Under the pieces are notes generated by a model, which was not told the origin of the DNA, did no database searches, and was given only the letters and a program-made list of their open reading frames with translations. 64,000 bases of DNA from the NCBI GenBank assembly GCA_044892525.1, contig CM097885.1:15750001-15814000 (forward strand). Reading direction: 5' to 3'. The position numbers were made by a program, and so were the translations under genes. Below, piece after piece: positions 14,564-28,125 of this stretch. Numbering within the stretch: position 1 is the stretch's first letter; every line of letters starts with the position of its first letter. The DNA is from Schmidtea polychroa. Lineage: Eukaryota.

Positions 14564-14894
14564 GAGGAAGTTGAAAGATTCGTAAAGATTAATTAGAAAT
14601 TTTGTTAAAATTTAAAATATATTTTTATTGAAAAATATTTTAAAAAGAACGAAATTTATAATTTTTAAAAAATATTTTTATCAAAGAATGTTTTAAGAAA
14701 AACTGAAATTTGTTTAAATAACAAAAATAAGATCAGGCAAGTTTTTGAGTATGTCATTTATTAAATAAAATTTATGGAATTATTTAGGGATTTGAAAACG
14801 GATGTTCACTAGCGCATTCACCATCATATCCACTAGTACACTCATTAGCACATTCTCTAGCACATCCACAATCACATCCACTAGCTTATCCAGT

Positions 14895-15600
14895 CATGGA
14901 GAAAACCCTTGGAGGCATATTGCAATAATGAACACGGCTAGAACAAGCACTCATAGACACTAGGAAAATCTTCCAATCACCCCTACACCCAGCACAGAAA
15001 TATCACATGATACTCGATTCAAAGAGAAAGAAAGCAGTAATGGGTTTCGACCAAAAATTTAGAGCAGTGATTAGAGAAGTATTGCTAGATAAAATATCAC
15101 AACTGAACTATAGATGAATACCTTATTCAGAGCATTATACATTCAACACGCTCCTTAAACTCGAATGACAGGTTTTGTGAGATCATTATTCAAGCTCTTA
15201 AATTATACTTTTTATCAACAATTTTATTATAAATTATAATTAAATTTCAAGGTTTTTTGAATAATATCAGAACTAACACAAGCGAGAGGAAAAAACAATT
15301 GCGAAGCAGCACTTTCCTGGCTAAATGGTGATTTATATGCCAACATCAAAAAAGCCTCACATTTTTCGAAATTTAGAAAATCATCGATCAGGCTCTTAAT
15401 AAAATATGGCAAATCTATTAAAATAAAAGAAATCGAAAGTATTATACAGCTAGGAATAAAACTTCGCGAGAACTGTAAATACTGCTTCATAGACAATCTC
15501 CACCATATCTGAAGAACTTCATAATAAAATAGCTCTAATAAATGCAGAGAAATGGCACAGAAATATATGCCAAAGCTATTAGTGAAAGCAGATAATTTGA
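14895..15600 (+). mobile_element. Deleted fragment of a NeSL/R2-group non-LTR retrotransposon related to the element at 57465-64000
   Basis: SPLHPAQK, MILDSKRK...GFDQK and ALSWLNGDL...FSKFRKS align by eye with SDLHPAQK, MILDSNRN...GYDQK and LRWINADI...FGKFRSA of the intact element. Confidence 0.7.
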
Positions 15601-15619
15601 CAGACTCGCAGTTTCTAAA

Positions 15620-15678
15620 ATTGTGGCGCCCGGGGCAACTGTCACCCCTCCCCCCCACCTTCCCTCGCTACGCCACTG
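15620..15678 (-). mobile_element. hAT-type terminus (TIR CAGTGGCGTAGC on minus strand)
   Basis: GCTACGCCACTG at 15667-15678 with a GCCCGGGGC subterminal motif. Confidence 0.5.
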
Positions 15679-16994
15679 GATCTAGACGAGAATGCGTTTG
15701 TAGAGAAATGACAGCCAAACAAACCCTTTCATGAGTAGCGCCGTATCAACTATAGAATTGATTTTCTGCATGATAGAACCTGGGTAGTTGGCATGACATC
15801 TGGGATATGATGATGAATAGATTCCAATCACCATTCTTGCCCAGTCACATCGAAAATTGAACTGCAGATAATCATTTCTCACGACACTAGGCAACACCTA
15901 TGATGAGACGAAACACACAGCATCTAATCCACTTTCGTCACAACTCACGCTGTAAATTTCAGAAAACGCCAGGCTTCGCATTTCATGATAGGGGAGATCG
16001 TGGGTAAACGGCATGCGGTGTCTAAATGACATAATCACTATATATGATTAGTAGATAACAGCAGTAGCACGATACGAGTCTAATCCGAGAGGTAATAAAG
16101 CGTGCGACATTTGCGAATTGTTTTCTCACACGTAGATAGATAGACGGGCATTTAATCAAAGCGCTGGTGACCAGTTCTCAACTTGTAATTGTAGATGTAA
16201 AATAATTGATAATCATATACTGAATACAAATTAAGCGAATATACCACTCACGAGGCAATGATGATAGTAATAACAACTACTACGATACTCATAATGCTAG
16301 TAACCATCAGAATTATAAGGATAGGCTCATTTGTAATAACCGATAATAATAACAGATAATAAAAGCTCTGATTATACATACAATGATGACCCCAGGGATC
16401 AGGGTAACGGAATTAATATCAATAATTAGAATAATAATAACCATAATGAAGAGGGTGCCCGTAATGATAAATAATGAACAGAAAGCTGCAGTTAGCGAAT
16501 CCAGTTAGCCATTTGGATAATTACAAAGGGTGGGTTGTATACAATTGTTCTCTCTAGTAGGTTTTTGATTTATTCTAAAAATCGAGTAATATAATTTCAT
16601 TGGGAATGCCTTTTCCTACGAATAGATTATTCCGATGCGTCACCCGAGTAGTTTCGGTTAACTTAATTAGATAGTTGGAGTTTGATGAGTTAATTAAATT
16701 GTTAGATATTTTATGCAGGGACCCACAATATAACCTGGTTAAGCGACTTACTAACTAGGGAACTAAATCATTTACTTAAATAAAATAATTCCGTTTTGGG
16801 TTAACGAGCCTACTGGTTGGCATCATCAAAAATGGGAGACCTCTCTAGCGCAAAGGTATGGGACGAAGTTGATATATTTTTATTTGTTCTTCTAATTGGC
16901 GTCGACAACCATGAGATATGATTGCGTATTATGATTTATTGCTACGCTTGTCCTTATATTGCATGAATTTACTGTCTTTACCTGGTTGTTTTAG

Positions 16995-17290
16995 GAATGA
17001 TTCAACTATTCTGCGGCCATGCTTCTCATGCGCCGATAAGAATGCCATCATTAACACCATGCAGGCTCAGATAGGATTGCTAAAAATGAAATCGGATCAT
17101 CTAGAGGGAATCTACTTTTCTCCTGCGCAAATGAAGGAGGTACGATTAAACACTGCCGCGATGGTATGATCGAAGAGAGTCCCTCATTACGGCTATTAAT
17201 CAAAGAACAATCAGAGGCCCTGCACAAGGTCTACGTGCAAGCGACTATTACTAAGAAGATCGCTAATATACCGATAGCGGAGGAAGATTC
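16995..17290 (+). pseudogene. Frameshifted homologue of the 6420-7178 CxxC protein
   Basis: LRPCFSCADKN, EGIYFSPAQMKE and IKEQSEALHKVY are conserved. Preceded by an acceptor-like TTTTAG. Confidence 0.6.
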
Positions 17291-18243
17291 GTGTAAGCAA
17301 ATGCAACACGATATCATTTTTCATTGTAGATATCAATCCAATCAAACCAATTCAGAACCCACACAGAAGGAATTCGAAGAAACTCGACAGCAAATCAGAA
17401 CAAACCAATCCAGAACCCGCACAAAGTGGAAAGGAACCAGGAACGCAAGGGATAAACAACGGATAATCGAATGGCGCTCAAATCCTCAAGTAATCAATAC
17501 GATTTATTATTTTCAGTAGATCAATTGGAAAAACTCAAAAGATCAAGATCAGTACGACATAAGAGAGAATAGCAACAGCAACAGCAAAAAGGGAAAATGG
17601 AGATAACCATAATCAAGAACCAAAAATGAATCAATTCATACCAGGAGCGCACCAAATTTTCAAACAACCACAAGGACGACCAAATGAAAATAGTAGTGAT
17701 CGTAACGGCCCGAATAAAGGGAACAGCTTCAACAGTAGGAGAAATATGAACGATAATAAACAATGCCGAACATGTGGGAAATCAGGACATTGGGATAGAG
17801 GTTGTAATCGAAACGCGAACTGCAACAGGTGCGGGCAGAGAGGACACACGGAAAGCATATGCCGAGCAAGAGGATGATATAAATTGCGGTCAATTGGGAC
17901 ACATCACGAGAGAATGTCGAGAAAGAAACCAACAACAACAGCCTCAACCAACCAATAATTACGTACCAAATCCGCAACGACAACAAACAACCCAAGCGAG
18001 GGAAAACAAATGAACGTCATGCAGGAAATCTCACAAATGAAGCAGATGATGCAACAGTTAATGCGACCAAGCCAGAATCAAGCACCACAGCAGACACAGA
18101 ATATATGCATGATGAGAAGCACAGAGAATATCAACGATTACCGGATACAACAACATGCACAGGAATGGCAGAGATTACAAGCCGAGGAAGAGAGAATAAA
18201 ACCAGAAGGCAACCAACAACGACAAGAACATTTAATATATTGA
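17290..18243 (+). mobile_element. LTR retrotransposon Gag C-terminal fragment with three CCHC zinc knuckles (degenerate)
   Basis: CRTCGKSGHWDRGC, CNRCGQRGHTESIC and (C)xNCGQLGHITREC. Q/N-rich. Confidence 0.7.
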
Positions 18244-19409
18244 AAAATAAATAATAAAATTCCACTACTGGTCAATGTAGGCAAGGTGATTGCTCGCCAT
18301 ATATTCTCAGGAAATGGCCATACTTTGCATTCCGATGGACATGAAGGACATTTTGTATCAGGCTATTGCTGGAGGTAATATTTTATATGGATGACACGTG
18401 TCAGCTGCCTGAGAGCCGCTGGAATATCCTAGATGGTGACGAAATTACTTTGATGGCCACTATTGATTATTCTGATGTCCTTAGCATAGAAAGGAACTTA
18501 TTTACTCCTTCACTCACCAATGAGAATGAATAATAATTTAACATTATGCCATTGCCGCATCTAATGCTTTACTGATCCATCTCAGCCATGTAGAGGAGCC
18601 ATTGAAAGCTTGGTCACACCGCGTGCCAATACTCATGCTCATTGCGGAAAATCCAGTCAAATCGCCTTCATTGCCCTCATAAACATTACACAAATGCACT
18701 CAGTCTGGGACACATTTCTCTCTATCCGTTCATGCATGCCATCCGATATGTCAGTGTAGGATCTTGTCTGTGTACAAGTTTCCACACCTTCAAATTGAGG
18801 ATCTAGAAAGGATAAAATCAAATTCCCTCAACTCATCATTAATTCATTTTCATACACAAGGTAACACCATAAGTAATATTTAGCTAAATATTCTATGCGA
18901 ATGATTCTTCCTTTCCTAATATTGACGTTTGTAGGCTACGGAATAAGTGATATGCAATTATATTTGTGTCATTGTTGATATAACCTGTAGCCCCCCATTC
19001 CCTCCATTTACCATGTCAGTTAGTGTCAAATACTTTATTCTTTCATGGCATAAAATCCTTCATTCTATAAACAAATATTGAAGACTAAAATAAATAAGCG
19101 TTTCCAATGCTACTGACGCCCTGTGATCTATTCCATCAACTTTTACACATTCCCTATTGTAGGAAGAACACTTGATAGAAACCCCTAATAAGTCACGTCA
19201 CAATGTATCAATGCGTTCGATGACACAACAAAGAACAATGAAAGACCACGACTACTGTGGATTGGCATCAGAATGGTCCTGGCAATTGCTTTGGTGTCCA
19301 TTAATTGGATTATTTTAAAAAAATAAAAAACAAATATCTGATTTGTTGCTGAATCTGCTGTGACCGAATTCTGTGCCATTATTATGTACATCTATCAATA
19401 CATACACCC

Positions 19410-19490
19410 TCCCGCACATCCACTAGCACATGCACCATCACATTCACTAGCACATGCACCATCACATCCACAATCACATGCACTAGGACA
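19410..19490. repeat. Short tandem repeat (CACTAGCACATG/CACCATCACAT units); related array at ~14806-14890
   Basis: Directly visible ~12-nt units. Confidence 0.7.
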
Positions 19491-20048
19491 GTGAACTACA
19501 ATACGATTCGATAGAATCAATTAAAATTGTCAATTAGGCCCTGCATTGATCACAGAATTCATAAATTACACAAAAATTCGTAACAATTTAATTTTTATTG
19601 TGTTAAATCTAATCAATATCAGATCAATATGTGGCTCACAGGAACCTTGTACACATGAGAAAATGTTAGACAAATATTTGTAACCATAACGAGATCATTA
19701 GATCAATATTAACATTTTATGAAAAATATTTATTTTTATATTTTGATATATTTTTAATTTGTATTTGCCGTTAAAAATGTTAAATTTTTACATTTCGTTA
19801 TAAAATTATAATTTAAATAATTTTGTAATATTTAAAATAAATGAGAAAAAAATTAGCATTAATAATATTTCGAATTGCTCTGAAGGCTAAAAAACAATAT
19901 TTATAAAATGTTTGTTTATCTACATCAAAATACAAATTATAAATATTGAAATTGTCAACGTCAGAGGAAATAATTAATATAATAAGTATGATTTATGAAT
20001 GTTGTAAAATGTTGAAATATTTTGATAATTTTGTTAATTTTAGATAAA

Positions 20049-21489
20049 ATGTTTGCAAGCGTATGGGAAATGATGAAGAGGAATAAATTTGAATTTGATA
20101 ATGAAATCAGCAGTGAATTGATATGCAGAATTTGCAAATGTTTAATGATAAAAGCTTGCCATGCTCCTTGCGGTTGTCGCTTTTGTTCTGATTGCATTGA
20201 GCAATATTTGGATGGAAAAGATAAATTCTGTCCAGTAGCATCAAAACATTGTGGAAAGAAAATGATCAATTTCAAAAAGGATGTTTCTGAAGATCACGCA
20301 GCCAATTTAAGGATTTCAGAAGTGATAGTGAGATGTCCAATGCAAAATTGTCAATTCAAAGATGAATTAGAGGTGATGGAGAGCCACATGAGAACATGCA
20401 ACAAGCAACCAATGAAATGTCCATTCAATAGAATCGGATGCGAAATGAATGAGGTGGTAAAGGATGAAATGAAAGTCCATCTCAATGAGAACACTGAAGG
20501 CCATAGCAAATTATTGATCGATCAGATCAGTAATCTATGCAATGAGATGCAAGCAATGAGACACGAGAATGTGACATTGCGTAATGAAATTATCAATATT
20601 AATGTAAAATTTTATTTGTAATTAATTTTATTGATATTTGTGATTGTAGGTGAAACTGGCCAATCTTGAAAGGAAAGAGGCGGAGAACAGAGGAGAAATA
20701 GAAGAATTAAACGAGGAAATGGTGGCATTGAAGAATGAGAATCGCTCATTGAGAATGGAGATGGAGACAAATATTGGATCAATCAATCAAGTTTGATTAT
20801 TGATTTGATTTACTATTGATTTTGTTATTGATGCAAAGCAGGTCAGACAACAAATTGAAATGAATGAATCAAAATGTCAGCAGCAAATTGATGAGATGAA
20901 AGAGAAATGCGAGCAGCGGCTGCAACAGGGGAATGCAAAGGTGATTTATTGATTTATTAACGTGTTTCAATTTGAGATTCAGCTGCAGCTTGAAATGGCG
21001 AAATGCGCCAATGAAATTCGCCAGATTGAATCAAAATTAACAAATGAAAAATATATAAATTATGGATTTTTTGAATGGCAAATCGATAAATTTTCACAAC
21101 AAAAGAGAAATGAAAATATTTACAGCGAGGCATTTTATTCCGGGCCAATCGGTTACAAAATGTGCTTGAGGGTGCTGATTGGGGGTGATTGGGGTGATTT
21201 GGTTTGGGCTGGTTTCTGTTTGATGCGTGGGGCAAATGATGAGCAATTGGATTGGCCGTTCAATCAATCCGTGACAATCGATGTGATCGATCCAGCAAAT
21301 GGCAGCATTTATATGAGCAGGTCAAGGAAATATTCAGATTTGCCGGATGCAGCCGGATGGGGGAAACCGTCAAATGACAGAAATGATCCAATTGGCATTT
21401 ATTATAATTATCCTGATGCCATCTCAATCAATAAATTAGCAGCCAAAAGTGATAAATTGCTGCTCAGGTGCAGAATTGAAAAATTATGA
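20049..21489 (+). CDS. TRAF-family E3 ligase/adaptor copy 2, apparently intact, 4 coding exons (20049-20603, 20650-20790, 20839/20842-20940, 20983-21489)
   Basis: RING (CRICKCLMIKACHAPCGCRFCSDC), TRAF zinc fingers (CPMQNC...HMRTC; CPFNRIGC...HL...H), coiled coil and MATH. Three short phase-0 GT-AG introns give a continuous frame. Confidence 0.88.
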
Positions 21490-22702
21490 CAAATTTAAAA
21501 AAACATTTCAATAAAGAATTTATTTTGGGTTTTGATTTGTTTTATTGTTTGCCTTTTTTTATTATATTTTTATTATATTTATTATATGAGATAATTATTG
21601 GGGTAATTATTGTCATTCTCGCCTTCCATCCGATATCATCATCACGTGGCGGAGCGCTCACAGCAAATGCCAATTGCAATATCAACAGCAATTATATAAT
21701 CAAATAAAAGCAATTTAATTAAATCAAAAACATTTAATATAAATTAATTTGAATAATTATTATAATTAAATTAATAATTAATTTGAAAGAAATGAAATTA
21801 AAATTCACCCGAATATAAGCGCTGACAAATCGCCTCAACAAATCAAGCGCTCCTATGACGAGTGGAACTGACGAGAAAACCGCCGCTGATGTTATATGAG
21901 TTTTGGATAAATTATTGCTGTACTGAATGGCAGTAAAATGCAGCTAATTGCAATACTAACACCGCGTTATATCAAATTGATAAATGCCTTAACATTTCGC
22001 CAGCTATTTGTGAGGCATTTAAACGGAAATCAGCAACAACAATACTGATCAAATGTTCGAAATTTGCTTTCACATCTGTTTTGATAAGTTTACCAAAATT
22101 AGAGCTGTCGATTCGATGAGGGCAATCAATGCTTTCTAAACTCTATAACATTCTGTTACGAATTCTTTTAATAATTAAACGAATTACCTTATTTAATCTT
22201 TCATAAAATTTAGATTTACTAATAATATTATTGTTAATATAATAATAATAATAATTGCATTTGTACTGAGATCCTTTTTAAGAGCTTTTGACCTGATTTA
22301 ATATTAAATAATGTAACATTTCATAAATTTATTCAGTTTTTCTTTCGTTAAATTTTCAAATACAATATTATTAAAACAAAAAAAGATTTCACGTAAATTA
22401 ATATTTAAATTCACAAATTTGATAAATTTTATGAATGAATTTTACTTATTAACAAACAACGAAATTTATTTTGAAATCTTGAAATTTTAGGAAATTTATA
22501 AATTAGGTTTTAAAGTGAAGTTGAGTCCAATACGTAATCTACATCAATACCTTGGGGTGATAAGTGACGGTTATGGGGTTTAAGGGGGGTCATTTAAATA
22601 ATTTATAAATTATAATCTGAAATTAAACGTAGTTGAGCATACATAATAAAGTAATTTACATTATTGAAGTTGGTACTTGAATGATGGTCAAATTACTTGA
22701 GG

Positions 22703-24044
22703 AGGAACAAAGTAACATTCGAACTAATACACAACAATTATATATGGCCTAACATGCGAAATGACATCAAAAACTACGTCAAGAGAGTTCTCAGCTGCCA
22801 GTTAAACAAAACAACAAAAAAACTCAAACCTCAAAAAGTAAACTTCCCAAGCAGCAAAGTCTTCGAAACAATGCACACAGATATGGTAGGACCACTACAA
22901 CCAAACGACAACTACAAATACCTGCTGACAATTATAGACAGGAAATCCAACTGGTTCGAAGTAATCTCAATAAAAGAAATCACCGCAAAAAATAAATGTG
23001 AAATGGTCGAATTAAATTGAATAGCTCGTTATGGTCAACCGAAAACAATTATAACCGATCAAGGCAGACAGTTCGAATCAGAAATGTTCAAAATACTCTG
23101 CAACAAATACAACATCAAAAGGAACCGAACAACAGCTAACAACCCACAATCAAACGGAAAAAGAGCGGTTCCACAGACATTAAAAGAAAGCATATGAACA
23201 AAAGCCAATGATCAAAATTGGTTAAATAATCTACTAATCGGACTGAAAAATAGTCCAAACTCAATAGATAATGAAAGTCCAGCAGTCAAGGTGTTCGGAA
23301 AAGCAACAAATTTACCATTACTCAAAAACAAAACAGCAGATAACACAGAAACAAACAAACAAACAACTAACAATAACAAAGGAAAAACAGATAAAAAACA
23401 CAAAAGGAATTTTAAAAAGGAGACCGGACTCCGAATTGGATGGGAAAACAGTACTAACAACATATTTTTATTTCATCATAATAAAGAAACCATTCACAAA
23501 AGGTTTCGAATCTAAATACGAAGGTCCATTCAAACTCTTAGAAATTAACAAAAACATCGCTACAATAATCAAAAAAACAACAAAATGAAAATAAACATAT
23601 GACGAATAAAACCCTATCCCCTGAACGAAAACCCACAAAACAATCCACCAGAAAACAAAACACAAACACAAACGAAAACACAACCAATTCATAAAAACAT
23701 CACATTTAACCACAAAACCTCAATCAAACTATTTGACAAAGATACAATAATTACACCCTTATACAAAAAACGATACAGCGATTGCCTTAAATAAAACACC
23801 CACAAAAAAAGTAAAAATAACAAAACACACGCACAAACAATACTAATTGTACAGTTTTTTTTATCAATTTCGTTGTATATATAGAGTAAATTGTAAATTT
23901 TTTGTTTTATCCAGTTTATAGATACAAAGGAACAGAAACAAAATACATAAAAACATATAATACATACTAAAAAAAGGTTATTGAATATAATTTTTTCGTT
24001 ACCTTTAATTGATTCATGTTAAGCTCCGGTTTTAAAGGGGGAAG
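22703..24044 (+). mobile_element. Gypsy LTR retrotransposon integrase fragment with polypurine tract (24034-24044); LTR probably begins at ~24046
   Basis: IWPNMRNDI...SCQLNK, HTDMVGPL, LLTIIDRKSNW, ITDQGRQFES, NPQSNG and the GPY/F motif YEGPFK. AAAGGGGGAAG is followed by TG. Confidence 0.8.
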
Positions 24045-24682
24045 TTGTGTAATGTACAGTTATATATTTTATTTATTTTTAAACAAGGTTTTGCCACGCC
24101 TTGTTATTTTATTGAGTGTAGATCGCAATGGAAAAAGAATAAAAAATACTATATACCGATAATTTACTATGGTAAATACAAATATCGACAAATCCCAACG
24201 TTTCAATCAAAAAGAAATTCATTCTATAATATTTATTCTACCATCCGTTATTTCTTTCAAACGTCAAAAGAAGATGCTCGAATTAATCCAAGAAAGTAAA
24301 TTCGCCGAAATTAACGAAGGATTACCATTCGTTCCCTCTCTAACGTTTTACAATTTTTATTTAAATAAAGTTGGATTTTTAAATTGTTCATTGGTTCATA
24401 AAACTAATTTATTTTAACAAAACTTTGGTGATTTCTTTGCAATACTATCTAAATTGTTCTTCTATTCGTTTTTATTCGCTTGTTCATATAACTAATTTTA
24501 TTTTAATAATACTTTTGTGATTTCGTTTTATTACTGCCTAGATTTTATTTTGTCTACTCATAGTCATAAAATCCCTACACAACACGCACCCCGATTGTCC
24601 CGCCACATTTTTAACGGTGATTCTATCGGGCTCTCCAGATTTCCTCACACATACACACTCACTATGACGAATATAATATAGG

Positions 24683-26797
24683 TAAAGTTTCCAAAATATC
24701 CGGTTTTTTAGTATCCGCGAATACCGCTTTTCATTATTCGAAAACCGCGGTTAACCGGTCGGATACGGATATTTTGGAAAAAGCTAATTTAAAAAAGAAA
24801 AGATAAAAAAAAACTCGAAAAATTGTCAATTTAAGATGAAAATTTATTCACTTTTTTTCATTTATATACAAATATTTTAGAAAAACTAAGCAATTTAGAG
24901 ATTAATCAGATAAATGGGTTCAAAGTTTACCACAAAAGTGGGAGGAAACGGAGAAAGTCCTTTCGGCTTCGTTTGATGATGGCTTTATTGTTGTTAAGGC
25001 TTCAAATAATTTTTCAAGTTTTCAGGCCTTTGAACTGTTTTCTTAAATATCATAAAGTCATCGTTGATGTTTAAGTTGGATTTTTGAAAATTTCCGCAAG
25101 TAACATAATTAATTGCAGTATCAAGCTCTGCTTCCAACGAAACTGGTGCATCCGTGTTCAAATCTACATGTTTTGGTGAAGATGAAGGTGACATGATGAA
25201 GAAGATTCAAAAAGTCTAGTAAACAGATTAGATGTAAATTGCAAAACAATTTTTGATGGTTTTATAGAGTTATTGGTGAGGCATGCCAGAGTATCAATAA
25301 TGGTAGAGTTTTCTCGTTCTTTCATCCGTCGTTCGATATTTAATTTTAATGTACTACAGATCACGTCATTACATTCATTCAATTTGTTGTACAGAAAATT
25401 CATCGCTCCTTTTGCTGTTAATAAATTGGCGTCTTGTCTCCCCAATGTTTCAACAGCTAATGTTAATGGTTTTATTGCATTCATTAAGCTGCACAATTTT
25501 TCGAAATCTATTCCAGATACTAGGTGAAGTGCATTTAATTCGATCAGCGTGTTTTGAATTGGAATTCGAACTCTGAGTAGTTTTTCTAACATAGGATGAA
25601 TAGAGTTCCACCTGTGTTTCAGATTTTTTTGTATGTCGACATCTTCATTATCTGCGAATTCTTCTTCATTAACATCATCATCGAAAAATTCATTGTCTTG
25701 GAAGTCGTCATCATCTTCTTCTTCTATAATGTCAACATCATTTGATTCAAAAACTTTCTTTTAGTAAAATGTTTCAATTACCGCCAAATTCAGCCCTTGA
25801 CATAAACATAACTGTGATTCAGATGGACAATCTGAACCATACTTCACCATTACCCTGGCACCATCATTTGTAGTATAAACAATGTCGTTTTGGAACGAAA
25901 AATTAAACAACTCTAAATGCTTGGTTACAATTTCAAACACTACAGCTGCAGTACACGAACCAGTAGCTCTCACCAAACCTAGATTGTTGCAATTTCCATT
26001 ATTTCCATGTACATTAATATTAATAATGCGACGATTTCGTGCACTTACCCACTCATCAAGGGTTATACTAAACTTACCATATCATTCTAAATTGTTGTTA
26101 ATTTTTTTATTCCCTCTTGTTTTCTATTTCGAATTCAGTATCAGTTATATCCTCTGTCTACAATAGATTGTCTGATAAACTTGAAATTTGTAATTGCACG
26201 AATTGTTATTCCGTTTTCAGCAGCTAATCTTGAAACAATCTCACTTAAACTTTGCCGTTTAACAAAATCCATCATCGTATTTCCTTTGATTTTCTTGAAG
26301 TTTTGCTCTTGCTCACCCAAAACGGATTCATCATTATCCCGTTTACAATAGATTTTGTGTACCATTTTCAGATGGTTTAGCATACCACCCGTGTTTCCAT
26401 TACTATTTGAAATAAAAACTATTTACTTTAAAAACTGAACTTTGGCAAATTTTTTATTGGTAGAAGGAATTTTTAAAAATATTCTCAAACAGGAGCTGAT
26501 GGTGCCATGGGCTAAATAGTAGTACAATATAAATTTAATACAAGTTTTACGGTAAAAAATAAATTAATCATAATTACCTGTGATTATTTTCAATTCTTTG
26601 ATTTGAGAGCTTTTAACAATTTCGCAATAACTAATTATATCGATTTTTCATTCTATTTAAAATTTTATTCTATACATAATTTAAAATAATTTTCACTATC
26701 CGGTAATCGCGAGTGTATTTGAGCGGATACCGAATACGGATTTTTGTCTGCAAATTCGCGGATATCGGACACGGATTAGCCGAACTGTCAAACTCTA
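24683..26797 (-). mobile_element. hAT DNA transposon, full extent with 8-bp TSD AATATAGG; transposase pseudogene
   Basis: TSD at 24675-24682 and 26798-26805. Termini TAAAGTTT and AAACTCTA. BED finger remnant (MLNHLKMVH), LDEWVS, TNDGARVM, RWNS, EAERTFS. Multiple stops and frameshifts. Confidence 0.88.
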
Positions 26798-28125
26798 AAT
26801 ATAGGCTATATATTACACGTATAGAATACAATATCACCGAAATAACACACATAGAATATAATACACCGAAACCTCCAGCTATAATATAATAACTGGTATA
26901 ATAATAGCTATAATAGGGATGATCATTGCGGTGGTCGTTGCCAACGGTAGACAACCCAAATCCACTAGGTATTCATCATCATCTACTTGCCTACCATGGA
27001 CCATTATCAGGTATATACCTGTAGTTTTATCGGTAGCAATCACATCCCTCCTCAATATTCTGACTTTGATATAACAGTTAAAAATCATTGTTAATGGTTC
27101 TTTTCCAACCATTCGCACGTCCAGATTAATGTTGCCTTGATTGTTAGGCTGACTTCGGATTGTTTTCCCATTTCTCCTCATCAACGCTTCGATTTGCGTC
27201 TGAAATGGGCTTGTTTCTTTTACCACTGGTAGTATAATTGGAATTATTGCTACCAACAAATCTACTGGTATTCGTAATACTAACATCCAGTCTAGTATTT
27301 CTTTTATGGTTTCTCCGTCTCATGGAGAATTTTGTAATTCTAACCCTTGTCGTTGGGATAATTGTTGAGTTTCCTCCAATCTCTCAATTTCCATCTAAGT
27401 AATTAAGAATATACTGTCTTGATACATTACCGCCACTGGCTTCGGTGCTGTCTTTGTTGTGAACTTCGTCACTCTACCGAGGAGTATCCCGTTCTGTAGA
27501 AGTGTTTGGTTTGCTTCTTGTTTTATTCCACATAAGTACAAGTCATATCATTGATGCTTAATATTTGTCAATGTCTCTGTTAATTTATCTGCTCGACATC
27601 TTGCATTTATATCGAGAATATACTCTTTATCCTGAGGGAGTTTTATATTGAGCTAAGCATCTTGGAGATCTCACTCATTCTCCATGATTTCTTCTAATAT
27701 CCTTAGGATTTTATATGTGTCGTTATGATGCATTGGGTCATCTTCAATCTGCGATATCAGCTTCACTAATGTATCAATGAAAAATATTTATTTTGATATA
27801 TTTTTAATTTGTATTTGTCGTTAAAAATGTTAAAATTTTACATTTCTGTATCAAATTGTAATTTAAATAATTTTGTAATATTTAAAATAAATAAGAAAAA
27901 AATTAGCATTAATAATATTTTGAATTGCTCTAAAAGCTAAAGAACAATATTTATAAAATGTTTTATCTACTTCAAAATACAAATTATAAATATTGAAATT
28001 GTAAACGTCAGAGGAAATAATTAATATAATAAGTATGATTATTGAAATGTTGTAAAATGTTGAAATATTTTGATAATTTTGTTAATTTTAGAGTTAATTT
28101 TATAGTTTGTTAATTTTATAGTTAA

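Noticed and set aside
15900..15915. TGATGAGACGAAAC hammerhead-like core
   Set aside because: Lacks the conserved C, a real stem II and identifiable stems I/III.
18250..19391. Possible envelope-like retroelement ORF on the minus strand (part duplicated at ~53057-53230)
   Set aside because: Too fragmented; no motif I can recognise.
26879..27770. ORF remnants possibly from a giant LTR element
   Set aside because: No diagnostic motifs; left unassigned.
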